Shown here piece after piece: positions 49,806-60,055 of a stretch of 64,000 bases of DNA. Made by a program: the position numbers and the translations under genes. The stretch's first letter is position 1, and every line of letters begins with the position of its first letter. The notes under the pieces were generated by a model. The model was not told the origin of the DNA and ran no database searches. It saw only the letters and a list, made by a program, of their open reading frames with translations. Origin of the DNA: a virus (taxonomy: Duplodnaviria; Caudoviricetes); the IMG/VR virus record IMGVR_UViG_2524614764_000005, positions 32,001 through 96,000 of that record; one strand, 5' to 3'.

Positions 49806-49850
49806 AGAATAAAACTGTCATTTTAATTTAAAAATAACATACAAAAAGTA

Positions 49851-49879
49851 TTGACTAAAATACAAATTACATATATTAT
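49851..49879 (+). promoter_or_regulatory. SigA promoter of the replication operon with SPBRE spacer
   Basis: TTGACT-aaaatacaaattacata-TATTAT. Confidence 0.85.
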
Positions 49880-49908
49880 AGAGTTACAGTTAAAGAGGAG
49901 GTGAGCAT

Positions 49909-50220
49909 ATGAAGCTATTGAAAGTAAGTAAAACAGCTGCTGATACATACAGAAAGACAGTTAAAGGACGAAGTAAATTCTCTGACGAGAAGATTCAAAA
50001 GAAACTTAATCGACACATTATCTGCTTAAAGGAAAGAGAGCCTGATAGAATTATTAAACAAGGGCTGCTGGGCAAGGTTTATCTTTATGGCAATTTAATG
50101 ATTAAAGTGCGGTGGGGAAAGATTGTAGAAGTTATTAATCTGCCTCACAAACTAAGAATCGAAAAACGCTTAGAGGATAGTGTATTCCAGGCAATTGAAA
50201 ACCAATTAAATAACAAATAA
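49909..50220 (+). CDS. Basic protein (YorD position)
   Basis: 103 aa. Confidence 0.6.
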   Translation: MKLLKVSKTAADTYRKTVKGRSKFSDEKIQKKLNRHIICLKEREPDRIIKQGLLGKVYLYGNLMIKVRWGKIVEVINLPHKLRIEKRLEDSVFQAIENQLNNK

Positions 50221-50248
50221 CATACATAAAGGAGATTTAACTATACTT

Positions 50249-51583
50249 ATGGCAAAAAAGAAAAGTGATATTAAAATCAATAAAAATCATGAAGGTAAAG
50301 AATTTAGCAATTTTTTCAGATTTGTAGGTAAAGTAAAACCTGTTATGAAAAAGGACGATGCAACTGATAGTTGGGTAGAAGCAGCGATTTCTGAATTAAC
50401 GCAAACGAAAACAGGCAAAGATCGTAAAGTAGTTCAGTTTATTGTAGAAACAGCTAATAGAAATGAGCTAAAAGTCGAGCTTGCTGGAATGGAACAGTCT
50501 TTTGTTTATCCTTATAGCTCTAAACATAAAAATTCTTTTAAACTAGAGTGGGAACATAGATTCGACAAAACCAAGTTTCCAGACGAATCTTATAAAGTAA
50601 TTGCGACCGATTGGGACTTATGTGATGAACTAGCTGAACTTATTAAACCTGGTATGTGGGTTGATGTAAGAGGAGTGTATGAATTTAGTTCGTTTCAGAA
50701 CGATGAAGGCGAAACAGTAAATGTAGTTAAGAGAACAATTAAACAAGTTTATCCATTAAAGAATGGGCAAGTTGAAATCAACAATGTTAATTCGGGTGAT
50801 GAGTACAGAGTATATGATTCAGAAGAAAATGGGTCATTACTTGGTTATGGTAAAGCAAAAGAAGAAGTCATTAAAATCAATGTAGGGTGGCTTTCGCCAG
50901 AAGGCGGAGATATCTTTATTACTAAATTAAGTAATGGGGAAGAAGGTAAAAGAGCCAAAGCCACATATAACGAAAATGTTAGTGAATCCGATCGAATTAA
51001 AGTCATTAATAATGTAGAAAGTTCAATTAGAATTAACAAAGAAGATGGTTCATATGAGTATATTCCATATATCAGAGACTTTAAATCAGAGAATTTTATT
51101 GAAATCAATGAATTTGAAATGCAAATCGGCATTAAGAGCGTTTATCAACCTGAAGATTCTAAAGATACGAAGGTGAATGCTGCATTTCTCGGTTATGGTA
51201 AAGAAAGAAGTGCAGTATATGACGTTGAATTAACTGTATTTCACAGAGAACCAGAGGAAGGGAAAAGATCGATTGCCGAAGCTTTTGCTAACTTAAACAG
51301 ATTGGATTTTCTTGTAGTACATGGCATCGATAACAACAGAGCCGAATTTGCTACAGTCGAGGTCGAAGAACCAGAAGAAGACAATCCGTTTGCTGATGTT
51401 GCAGAAAAAGTGAAATCCTATGAACAAGTTTCATCTGGGACAAAAAAGGGTCTAGAAATTCAGAATGTATTTGCAGGGACATATGTAAAAGGATTGCTTA
51501 CTGAAGAAGAGATCACAGGAGAGTCAGATGAACAAGATCCTTTCTCTAATGTTTCAGTTTCAGACGACGATCTCCCATTTTAA
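50249..51583 (+). CDS. SSB-like protein (YorF-like) with an internal insert
   Basis: OB-like segments, acidic tail SDDDLPF. Confidence 0.7.
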   Translation: MAKKKSDIKINKNHEGKEFSNFFRFVGKVKPVMKKDDATDSWVEAAISELTQTKTGKDRKVVQFIVETANRNELKVELAGMEQSFVYPYSSKHKNSFKLEWEHRFDKTKFPDESYKVIATDWDLCDELAELIKPGMWVDVRGVYEFSSFQNDEGETVNVVKRTIKQVYPLKNGQVEINNVNSGDEYRVYDSEENGSLLGYGKAKEEVIKINVGWLSPEGGDIFITKLSNGEEGKRAKATYNENVSESDRIKVINNVESSIRINKEDGSYEYIPYIRDFKSENFIEINEFEMQIGIKSVYQPEDSKDTKVNAAFLGYGKERSAVYDVELTVFHREPEEGKRSIAEAFANLNRLDFLVVHGIDNNRAEFATVEVEEPEEDNPFADVAEKVKSYEQVSSGTKKGLEIQNVFAGTYVKGLLTEEEITGESDEQDPFSNVSVSDDDLPF

Positions 51584-51640
51584 TTTAAATACATAAGAAA
51601 ATAAAATACAAATTACATATAAAGAGAGGTCGGGAATTAT

Positions 51641-52771
51641 ATGAGTTTCAGAAAAACAGTTAAGAACATTGTACCTAAAGTCGATTTGCAATCCTATATG
51701 CTTGGGATTGCTGGGGGCTATAAATCAGGAAAAACGAGATTGTATAAAGAGTTAATCGAAAATTTTTATCCAGGAGATCCAGATGCAGGACTTCTATTAG
51801 CTTTTGAGCCAGGATATAACACTTGGGAGTTAGATTCAGTTATTCCTATGCATGACTATGATTGGGAATTCTTTAAAGGCGAAGTAGTAAAAGGGCTGCT
51901 CGATGAAGCAAAAAATGGCAGAGTAACAAAGGTTCTTGGAATTGATACAGCAGATAGAATGATGGATATGGCCACAGATTACATTTTGAAGAAATTAAAC
52001 CAAAAGTACGCAAAAAAAATGAAAACACTTCAGGAAGTCTCTGAAAATGTTAAGGGACTGAACGGCTACATGCTATTAAAGAAAGAAGTTTGGGATCAAT
52101 TAGATTTGTTGAAAAATGCAGGATACGGCATCATTTGGTTGGCTTGGACTAAAGAAAAAGAAACTACTACCAGAGATGATCTTAAATACAACTCAATTGA
52201 ATTGAAGATGAGTAAAACAGGAGCCGATATCTTTGAATCTCAAGTTGATTTAATGTGCACTCTGCATAATGAAGTAAAAGTGATGGATAAGAACGGAAAT
52301 GAACTTGAAGAGAACTTAAAAACTAAAAGTGGCAAAGAACAAGCAGCTAAGTTTCATTCTACAGAAGCGTACATGTACTTCCTCCCTTCAAGTTATATCG
52401 GAATTGGAGGAGGGAGATTTACAGATCTCCCTGAGAAGGTTCCGTACGGTGTAGAAAACTACTTAGAAGTCTTTGAGAATGCGGTCAAAGGTCAACTTAA
52501 AAAAACTACTAAATCAATTAAAGAACTCAAAAGTGAAGAAGATCAAGTTAGAGAAGAGAAGGCTAAAGAGTTTGTAGATAAAGTAAACGAACCCGACCCT
52601 AATAAAATTATTGAAGAGATTAATTCTCTTGTTTCAGATATTCAGCGGGATAAGAAACTTGAGCTATCAGAAAGATTTAAAGAGGCATTCGGTGAAGGTA
52701 ACTATAAACAGCTTAAAACTGTTGAAGAATTGAACAAAGCTCTTGAAATTGTTAGATCATTCTTAAATTAA
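51641..52771 (+). CDS. AAA/Sak4-like NTPase (YorG-like)
   Basis: GGYKSGKT, LAFEPG, IDTAD. Confidence 0.75.
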   Translation: MSFRKTVKNIVPKVDLQSYMLGIAGGYKSGKTRLYKELIENFYPGDPDAGLLLAFEPGYNTWELDSVIPMHDYDWEFFKGEVVKGLLDEAKNGRVTKVLGIDTADRMMDMATDYILKKLNQKYAKKMKTLQEVSENVKGLNGYMLLKKEVWDQLDLLKNAGYGIIWLAWTKEKETTTRDDLKYNSIELKMSKTGADIFESQVDLMCTLHNEVKVMDKNGNELEENLKTKSGKEQAAKFHSTEAYMYFLPSSYIGIGGGRFTDLPEKVPYGVENYLEVFENAVKGQLKKTTKSIKELKSEEDQVREEKAKEFVDKVNEPDPNKIIEEINSLVSDIQRDKKLELSERFKEAFGEGNYKQLKTVEELNKALEIVRSFLN

Positions 52772-52810
52772 GAGGGGATATCCCCTCTTCAATGTACAAG
52801 AGGTGACTGT

Positions 52811-53428
52811 ATGAAAGGCTATAAATGTAGATTCTGTGGTTTGAAAAATGACCATATGCAAATGAAGTGTTATTCAAAACCAACGGGTAAGTTTAACAAA
52901 AACGGTTCTGAAAAGATGGCGAGAAAATATGTCCATTTAAAATGTGACGAAGAATATAAGAAGAATGAAGCATTTAAAGAAAAAGAATTAAAAGAATTAG
53001 ATGAATTGTTTACATATCTTAAGAAGTTACACAGAATTGATACTCTTGATGGTCGAATGATGGAGAAAATCCAAGATCTTAGAAACGGAACTGTGGTGTT
53101 TAATAAGAAAAAAATTAAAAGGTATAAAGAAGGAGTGCCTTTTAGAGACATTTTATATACATACGAGGTCAATGAAACCTACATAAACGAAACTATAAGT
53201 AACATGGTTTTCGCTGCAAAGTGGAATGAGTTTTCATATGTGTTTGCAATTGTTATAAACAACATTAACGATTCAATTGGCGCTACTTCAAATAAAGAAA
53301 TTGTGATGAATCGTAGAGAGGCGATTATTGATAGTAATCTAGTTGAACAGACCTCCTATTCTATCGATGAACCGACACAATACAACAATAACAAAAAAGA
53401 TGTCTTGGATATCTCGGAATTTTTATAG
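52811..53428 (+). CDS. Zn-binding replication protein (YorH-like)
   Basis: CRFC...HLKC; precedes the helicase. Confidence 0.6.
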   Translation: MKGYKCRFCGLKNDHMQMKCYSKPTGKFNKNGSEKMARKYVHLKCDEEYKKNEAFKEKELKELDELFTYLKKLHRIDTLDGRMMEKIQDLRNGTVVFNKKKIKRYKEGVPFRDILYTYEVNETYINETISNMVFAAKWNEFSYVFAIVINNINDSIGATSNKEIVMNRREAIIDSNLVEQTSYSIDEPTQYNNNKKDVLDISEFL

Positions 53429-53437
53429 GAGGGTTAA

Positions 53438-54961
53438 ATGGGAAAACACTTAGCTGAATTTGTGGATCCTTCTCAGGTGCATGAGGCTTTATTTGTGGGA
53501 TATCTTTGGAGAAACCCTGCGTTGTATCAAAGGTATAAGACACATAAAATAACAAATAAAAGTTTCACAGAACAAACATGGTATTTTTACTACACTGTCG
53601 GGCTCCAAATGTTTGATAATGGGATTCGTGACTTCGATGATAAAACAGTTTACTCATTCGTTGTCTCCAGACCAAAAGAAAAAAACAAAAAAAGCTATAT
53701 TGATGCATATAACGATTTCGGTGCATTTCAAACGGTAGAAGAAATAATGAATGAGTGTCAGAAAGATACTCAAAATGAAGAATATCACTTATCTGAGATT
53801 CAAAAATTTGAAGTGCTTAGAAATATGCAATCTATAGGTTTAATTGATGTAAGTAATGAAGATCAAATAGTTAAATTAACTCGAATGAATTTAAAGCAGC
53901 TGCAGATGTATATTCAATTTAAGCAAAAGGAAATGTTTGCTCATGTTAATGCAGGAGAAGTTATCGAGCATGACTTAGTGGACGATTTAACTGAAACCAT
54001 TGAAGAATTGGATTCTGGCGAATCTATGGGTATCCCACTACATGACTCACCAAGACTTAGTAGGAAAATAAAAGGCTGGAAAGACGGTTCTCTATATTAT
54101 CTTGTATTAGCTTCTGGGGTTGGAAAAAGTTCGATTGCAATGGAAAAATTTATACTTTCTTTATTTGAAAATCAAGAAAAAGCAATCTTGGCCATTAATG
54201 AGGAGAGTGTTAAGAAATGGAGATCACTCCTGTTGGCTACTATTTGTTCTAAGATATTAAAGACACCCTTAAATAGAGAGAAGATGTACGAGGGCAAATT
54301 TGATAAAGATACTCTCCAGAAACTTAACAACGCTAAAGAATGGGCAGTCGAAAAAGGACAAGGCTTAATTAAAACACTTGAATTAAAGAAATATAGAATT
54401 GAAGATGTTTTGAGTAGAGTTGAATTATACAGACCTAAAGGATACAAAAAATTAATACTCGATACTTTTAAACCAGATAGGTCTTCAAAAGATAAAGCTC
54501 GATGGGAGGCGTTTTCTGATTCAGCACAAGAACTACACGATTTAATTAAAGAAGATAATCAGAATGTAGGCACCTTGGCTACTGTACAGTTAAAGCTAGG
54601 TAAGGAATCAAGGTTCTTGGATTTAGACGCAACAGGGAAGAGTATGGAGATAAATGAAGTGGCTGCGGTTGTAATGATGGGAAGATTGCTTTATGACGAT
54701 GAATACCCAGGAGCTAAAACAGCTAACGGTAAAAACAGTCCATACATATTGCACCCTTACAATTACAAAAAAGACGAGTTCGATGGTACGTATTACAAAG
54801 AGGATTACAAACTTGATCCTAAAAAGACATACTTAGTTTTATTTCTAGCTAAAAATCGATTTGGAAGTGAAGAAGAGCAGATATTATTTGAAGTTAGCTA
54901 TGGAATAAATACATTTAAAGAGGTTGCATTAGTTCAAGTCCCACGAATTGGAACGCATTAA
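53438..54961 (+). CDS. dnaB: Replicative DnaB-like helicase (YorI)
   Basis: ASGVGKS, INEE, ILDT, TVQL, AKNRFG. Confidence 0.88.
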   Translation: MGKHLAEFVDPSQVHEALFVGYLWRNPALYQRYKTHKITNKSFTEQTWYFYYTVGLQMFDNGIRDFDDKTVYSFVVSRPKEKNKKSYIDAYNDFGAFQTVEEIMNECQKDTQNEEYHLSEIQKFEVLRNMQSIGLIDVSNEDQIVKLTRMNLKQLQMYIQFKQKEMFAHVNAGEVIEHDLVDDLTETIEELDSGESMGIPLHDSPRLSRKIKGWKDGSLYYLVLASGVGKSSIAMEKFILSLFENQEKAILAINEESVKKWRSLLLATICSKILKTPLNREKMYEGKFDKDTLQKLNNAKEWAVEKGQGLIKTLELKKYRIEDVLSRVELYRPKGYKKLILDTFKPDRSSKDKARWEAFSDSAQELHDLIKEDNQNVGTLATVQLKLGKESRFLDLDATGKSMEINEVAAVVMMGRLLYDDEYPGAKTANGKNSPYILHPYNYKKDEFDGTYYKEDYKLDPKKTYLVLFLAKNRFGSEEEQILFEVSYGINTFKEVALVQVPRIGTH

Positions 54962-54975
54962 AAGGAAGATGACAT

Positions 54976-56034
54976 ATGTCTGAACTTAAGGCAATTAAAG
55001 AGCGTATTTTTGATGAGGGTCTAATCAAGCAAATATTATCTGATATTGGGTGCTGGAACATTCAAAACGAACAAAAAGGAAAGTTGATTGTCGCCGGTTT
55101 GCCTGATGGTGATAATGAGAGGAGCGTGCAGATTAAAAACACACCTGCTCTTGCAGCTAACATTAGATCTAAGGGTATAACTGGAGATATTTATGATGTT
55201 ATTTCATACATAGTATTTGAGGCTCAGTCAGATGAAGAGAGAGTAAAATCATTAAATAAAAGTAAGTTTTGGATATGTAAGAAGTATGGTTATTTAGAAT
55301 ACATAGATGAATTTTACAAAACAACTTTAAAAGAACAAAGACCAAATCTAAATAAATGGCTAAACACTTTAAAAAACAAAAGGAAAGAAACTCCTCTTCC
55401 TTTGGAGAATAATACAATTGAGATTTCATATGAGAATCAATTTGGAATACTGCCATATTTAGATTGGTATAAAAGTGGACTGTTTCTAAGTACTCAAAAA
55501 CACTTTGAAATTGGGTTTGATATTAGATCAGAAAGAGTGACCTTTCCAATACATAATGCTGCAGGACAATTAATCGGTGTTAAAGGGCGGTATTGTGGAC
55601 AGGATTCAAAAATTGAAGAAAAGTATAAATACCTTTATGTTCTTCCATGCAATAAATCAATAGAGTTGTTTAATTATCATAGGGCTCTACCGCACATAAA
55701 GGAAAATCAAGAAGTAATTGTTGTTGAGGGTGCCAAAACAACAATGTTTTTAACACAGTGGGGATATAAAAATTGTGTATCTATTGAAGGAGATACTTTA
55801 TCTGAAGAACAGATAAACTTGTTAAAAGAACTTGGTTTAAATGTAACCTATACATTTGCTTTTGATAAAGATAAGATGCCAGATTTTGTACTTGCAGAAG
55901 CGAATAAACTTAAAGGAAGAGTTAAATACGGCATATATGATACTGAATCTTTACTAGAGGACAAAGACTCCCCTACTGATCGAGGAAAAGCGGTTTGGAA
56001 TAAGCTTTACTCAAATAAATATAAAATTTCTTAG
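54976..56034 (+). CDS. dnaG: DNA primase, TOPRIM (YorJ)
   Basis: FPIHN...GVKGR, KY, VVEG, AFDKD. Confidence 0.85.
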   Translation: MSELKAIKERIFDEGLIKQILSDIGCWNIQNEQKGKLIVAGLPDGDNERSVQIKNTPALAANIRSKGITGDIYDVISYIVFEAQSDEERVKSLNKSKFWICKKYGYLEYIDEFYKTTLKEQRPNLNKWLNTLKNKRKETPLPLENNTIEISYENQFGILPYLDWYKSGLFLSTQKHFEIGFDIRSERVTFPIHNAAGQLIGVKGRYCGQDSKIEEKYKYLYVLPCNKSIELFNYHRALPHIKENQEVIVVEGAKTTMFLTQWGYKNCVSIEGDTLSEEQINLLKELGLNVTYTFAFDKDKMPDFVLAEANKLKGRVKYGIYDTESLLEDKDSPTDRGKAVWNKLYSNKYKIS

Positions 56035-56041
56035 AGGTGAA

Positions 56042-57745
56042 ATGTTGGAATATAGGCTAATAGGAAAAAATGATTTTGAACAAGATATCGTCAAAAATAT
56101 TCTAAGCAATAGAGGTATTTATAGCTCTGAGATGAGTTCTGTTTTAAGCCCAACAGCAGTTAATGAGGAACCTTATTCTTTATTATGTAACATAAATAAA
56201 GCTTCTGAATTGCTAATAGAACATATGAAGAAAAACAGCAATATTTTTATCCAAATTGATAGTGATACTGATGGCATCACTTCTTCTATAATTTTAATAA
56301 AGTACATAAAGAAAATGTTTCCTAAATCCAAAATTACATATAGGATGCATGAAGGGAAAGAGCATGGGATTATTCTCGATACAGTGCCTGATAACACTGA
56401 TTTAGTGATAATTCCAGATGCGGGTTCTAATCAATACGAAATCCATAAGGAGCTTAAGGAAAGAGGCTGTGATGTATTAGTCATTGACCATCATGAATGT
56501 GAAGATGAGTCGCAGTATGCAATAGTTGTTAATAATCAGCTTTCACCCAATTATTTAAACAAGTCACTAACGGGGGCTGGAATGGCTTACAAAGTATGCC
56601 AGGCTCTTGATGATAAGCTCGGAAAAAATTATGCTGAAGAGCTGCTTGATTTAGTTGCGATTGGCAATATTGCCGATTCTGCAGATTCAAGAAATTTAGA
56701 AACAAGATATTACATATTAAAAGGGTTAGATTGTGTTAAAAATCCACTTTTGAAAAAGCTGTTTAAAAAGCAGGAGTTTTCAACAAATGGTGTTAAAACA
56801 ATTCAGAATACTCAATTCTATATCAACCCACTTATAAATGCTGCGATTAGAGTAGGTTCGAAAAAAGAAAAAGACCAGTTGATTAAATCATTTCTTGGTT
56901 CAAGAGAAAAGGTTCTATATAAAAAGCGTGGATCTGCAGTTGAAGAATCAATTTCAATTCAAGATGATACTGTAAGAGTTCTAACAAATTTAAAGAATAA
57001 ACAAAAGAGATTAGTTGATAAAGCAACTGATGAAATTGTCCAAAAGATATACCAAGAAAATTTGTTAGAAAACAAGATACTCTCTGTAAATATTGAAGGT
57101 ATTCTCGAAAAGAACCTAACAGGCTTAGTCGCAAATAAACTAGCCGATAGGTTTAAAAGGCCAGTTTTACTTGCTAGGGATGCAGAAAACGATGAGTTTC
57201 TAATAGGTTCAATAAGAGGATATGATAAAGGAGGAGTTAAAAACTTTAAAGAGTTACTGATATCAACGGGTCTATTTGAATTTGTTGAAGGGCATGCGAA
57301 TGCAGCTGGATTTTGTATCAAAAAAAATAGTTTTAATAAAATGAATACAGCGCTTAACGATTTGTTAAAAGATATTGAACACAAGACAGTTCTTGATGTC
57401 GATTTTGAAATTCCATTTAAACTTCTTAAAGAGAATTTTATTTTAGAGATTGGTAATCTAAGAGAACTATGGGGTTACAAATTAGAAGAGCCTTTAGTTG
57501 CATTCACGGATATTCATGTGAGCAGAAGTGAAATAGAGTTAATTAAAAAAAGAACGACTACTCTGAAGATAAGTTCAACACAGGCAGAGTTCAAAAAGCA
57601 ATTTTATAAAAATGAATTCCCTCAGCTGTTAGATGAAAGCGAAAGTTATGTGTTGAATTGTATAGGGAAATGCAAGCTATCTGCCGATAATAAACCCTAT
57701 ATTGAAATTGTAGACTTGAAAGTGGTTCATAGTTTTCTGTTTTAG
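56042..57745 (+). CDS. recJ: RecJ-like ssDNA exonuclease (YorK)
   Basis: DSDTDG, IDHH, GAGMAY, GHANAAG. Confidence 0.9.
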   Translation: MLEYRLIGKNDFEQDIVKNILSNRGIYSSEMSSVLSPTAVNEEPYSLLCNINKASELLIEHMKKNSNIFIQIDSDTDGITSSIILIKYIKKMFPKSKITYRMHEGKEHGIILDTVPDNTDLVIIPDAGSNQYEIHKELKERGCDVLVIDHHECEDESQYAIVVNNQLSPNYLNKSLTGAGMAYKVCQALDDKLGKNYAEELLDLVAIGNIADSADSRNLETRYYILKGLDCVKNPLLKKLFKKQEFSTNGVKTIQNTQFYINPLINAAIRVGSKKEKDQLIKSFLGSREKVLYKKRGSAVEESISIQDDTVRVLTNLKNKQKRLVDKATDEIVQKIYQENLLENKILSVNIEGILEKNLTGLVANKLADRFKRPVLLARDAENDEFLIGSIRGYDKGGVKNFKELLISTGLFEFVEGHANAAGFCIKKNSFNKMNTALNDLLKDIEHKTVLDVDFEIPFKLLKENFILEIGNLRELWGYKLEEPLVAFTDIHVSRSEIELIKKRTTTLKISSTQAEFKKQFYKNEFPQLLDESESYVLNCIGKCKLSADNKPYIEIVDLKVVHSFLF

Positions 57746-57754
57746 AAAGGAGGA

Positions 57755-60055
57755 ATGCTCTTGATCATAAAGCCAAAACTCGAAACAGAAGTGACTAAAA
57801 GATATGAAAAACACTGGGTAGAGAACTTTGAAGAAATCAAAAAGATTTTTGATAAAGACCAACCTAAGTTATGTGTGATTGATTCTGAAACCACTGGGTT
57901 GCATATTATTAACGACAAGCCTTTTATGTGGGTATTTGCTTATAAGTTACCAAAAGAGAAAAGGAAAGAAGGATTAGAGGGCAGAAGCTTTGCTTTTAAC
58001 TCTAATAAAGAAATACTCCATCAAGTTTTACAATTGACTAAAAAATGCCTTATGACTGTTGGGCACAACGTTAAATATGACTTACATATGTTAATTAATG
58101 GGGGAGTAGAAGAAGAAGAGGTATATAATTTAACTAACATTACAGATACTATGGGATTATGCAGACTTACATTTGATGCAGTTTCTGCTAGAGACGGAGG
58201 CGATATGTTAGGGCTGAAAAAAGTTTCTGAAAAATATATTGATCATAGGGCTGCGGAATTTGAAAAGGAGGTAAAAAAAGAACTTAGAAGAATAAACGAT
58301 CAAAAAAGAAACCTTTTAAAAGAATTACTAAAGCCATATAAAGATATCGGTTGGGGTATCGGAAAAATTAAAGATGCTTATAAAGTAAAAAAGAGAAATG
58401 ATATGGATCAGTTTACAACCGAAAGGAAGCAGCGATGGATCACCATTCCTGCTGAAATAGACAGGCTTTATCGAAACTGGTTAAAAGAAAATCCTTTTGC
58501 AAATTATTCAGAAGTTGACAGGAATATCATGATGGAATATGTCCATAGTGATGGAATCTACACTCTTGAAATAGTCGAGATGACTTACCCTACAGTTTTA
58601 AAACGAAAACAGAAAGCGATACTTGAGCACGAAAATAAGTTGATTATGGAATTATTGAGAATGGAACGAGTAGGGATGAAGGTTGATATGCCTTACTTAA
58701 ACGAATGCTTCAAAAAATGTGAAGGTGAAATTCAAAGTCATTACGAAGAACTGTGGAGTATCGTCGGAGAAAATTTTACTGCCTCACAGGCATCTGTAAT
58801 ACAGGATTATTTTGAAAAAAAGTTAGGGGAAAGGCCTCCTACTACAGATAAAGCGTTTTTAAAAAAGCATAAAGATGATAGGCTATCTCAACTGATTACT
58901 CGGCTAAGAAGATTAGAAAAATGGCAGTCCACGTATATTTCTAGAATTATCGAAGTAGCTCAATATGATGAGCATTTTTATACTCAATACGGACAATTCA
59001 ATACAGTATCTGGACGCTTAGGTTCTGATGCACAGCAGTTTCCTAAAGAGAGAATTCTGACAGAAGAAGGTGAAAAATACGAAAAGGAACACGGAGAAGG
59101 AAAAGCCCCCGCAAGCTTTGAAATTTTCTCACCAAGAAAAGCTTTTATTGTAGAGGGAGGAGATTACGATCAAATTGCATACTTTGACTTATCGCAAATA
59201 GAATTACGAGCCCAGGCAAACTATACAGTCTTACTAAATAGGCCTGATTTAAACCTTTGTAGAGCTTATATGCCATTTAAATGCAAGCACTATTTAACTG
59301 GAGAAGAGTACAGTTTTACAAGGAAAGAGGACAGGATAAGATGGTCTGAAAAGAAAGAAGACGGTAGTTCAGTATGGCTTTTAGAGGATGGAGAAAGTTG
59401 GACTCCTACTGACGTTCATAGCGAAACATCCCACAATACACTCATCGCATTAGCGTTTGAATGTGAAGAGAAATATAAACAATACATACATAAGTCAGAT
59501 TCTCCAGTCGATGAAAAATCATTTAAAAAATTTTGGAGATACATAGGGAAAATGTTTAATTTTATGAGGAACTATGGCGGTGGAGCAGCTAAAGCCTCTG
59601 AAGCTTTGGAAGTTTCTATGGAAATTGCAAATGCTTTAGTATCAGGCTGGTCAAACACATTCCCTGAGGTATCGCATTACCAAAAACAAGTTGCTAAAAA
59701 GGTACAGAAGGATAAGCATGCCACCAACATGTATGGACGTGTTTACTATCTGAGCAATACGGAAAAGGCATATAAGGTTGGGAACTATCTTGTGCAAGGT
59801 TCTTGTGCGGATATGTTAAAAGCATATGTAATAAAGATAGGGGAATTTTTAAGGGAAAACAATTGCAAATCATTACCACTAGCTAATATTCATGACGAAT
59901 TACAATTTCTAATTTACAAAGGAGAGGAATGGATTTTCCCTCACATTAAGAGAATTATGGAAGATGTAGATTGGATGCAGGTACCTGTAGTTGTGGATCT
60001 AGAGATCACTAATACAACTTGGGCAGATAAAAAAGAAGTAGAATGTATTGCATGA
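57755..60055 (+). CDS. polA: Family A DNA polymerase with 3'-5' exonuclease
   Basis: DSETTG, HNVKYD, SGRL, DLSQIELR, GKMFNFMRNYG, VQGSCAD, IHDEL. Confidence 0.93.
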   Translation: MLLIIKPKLETEVTKRYEKHWVENFEEIKKIFDKDQPKLCVIDSETTGLHIINDKPFMWVFAYKLPKEKRKEGLEGRSFAFNSNKEILHQVLQLTKKCLMTVGHNVKYDLHMLINGGVEEEEVYNLTNITDTMGLCRLTFDAVSARDGGDMLGLKKVSEKYIDHRAAEFEKEVKKELRRINDQKRNLLKELLKPYKDIGWGIGKIKDAYKVKKRNDMDQFTTERKQRWITIPAEIDRLYRNWLKENPFANYSEVDRNIMMEYVHSDGIYTLEIVEMTYPTVLKRKQKAILEHENKLIMELLRMERVGMKVDMPYLNECFKKCEGEIQSHYEELWSIVGENFTASQASVIQDYFEKKLGERPPTTDKAFLKKHKDDRLSQLITRLRRLEKWQSTYISRIIEVAQYDEHFYTQYGQFNTVSGRLGSDAQQFPKERILTEEGEKYEKEHGEGKAPASFEIFSPRKAFIVEGGDYDQIAYFDLSQIELRAQANYTVLLNRPDLNLCRAYMPFKCKHYLTGEEYSFTRKEDRIRWSEKKEDGSSVWLLEDGESWTPTDVHSETSHNTLIALAFECEEKYKQYIHKSDSPVDEKSFKKFWRYIGKMFNFMRNYGGGAAKASEALEVSMEIANALVSGWSNTFPEVSHYQKQVAKKVQKDKHATNMYGRVYYLSNTEKAYKVGNYLVQGSCADMLKAYVIKIGEFLRENNCKSLPLANIHDELQFLIYKGEEWIFPHIKRIMEDVDWMQVPVVVDLEITNTTWADKKEVECIA

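Noticed and set aside
53438-60055. Inteins or introns in the helicase or polymerase
   Set aside because: ORFs are continuous and of normal length; no C...HN-C/S/T splice motifs seen
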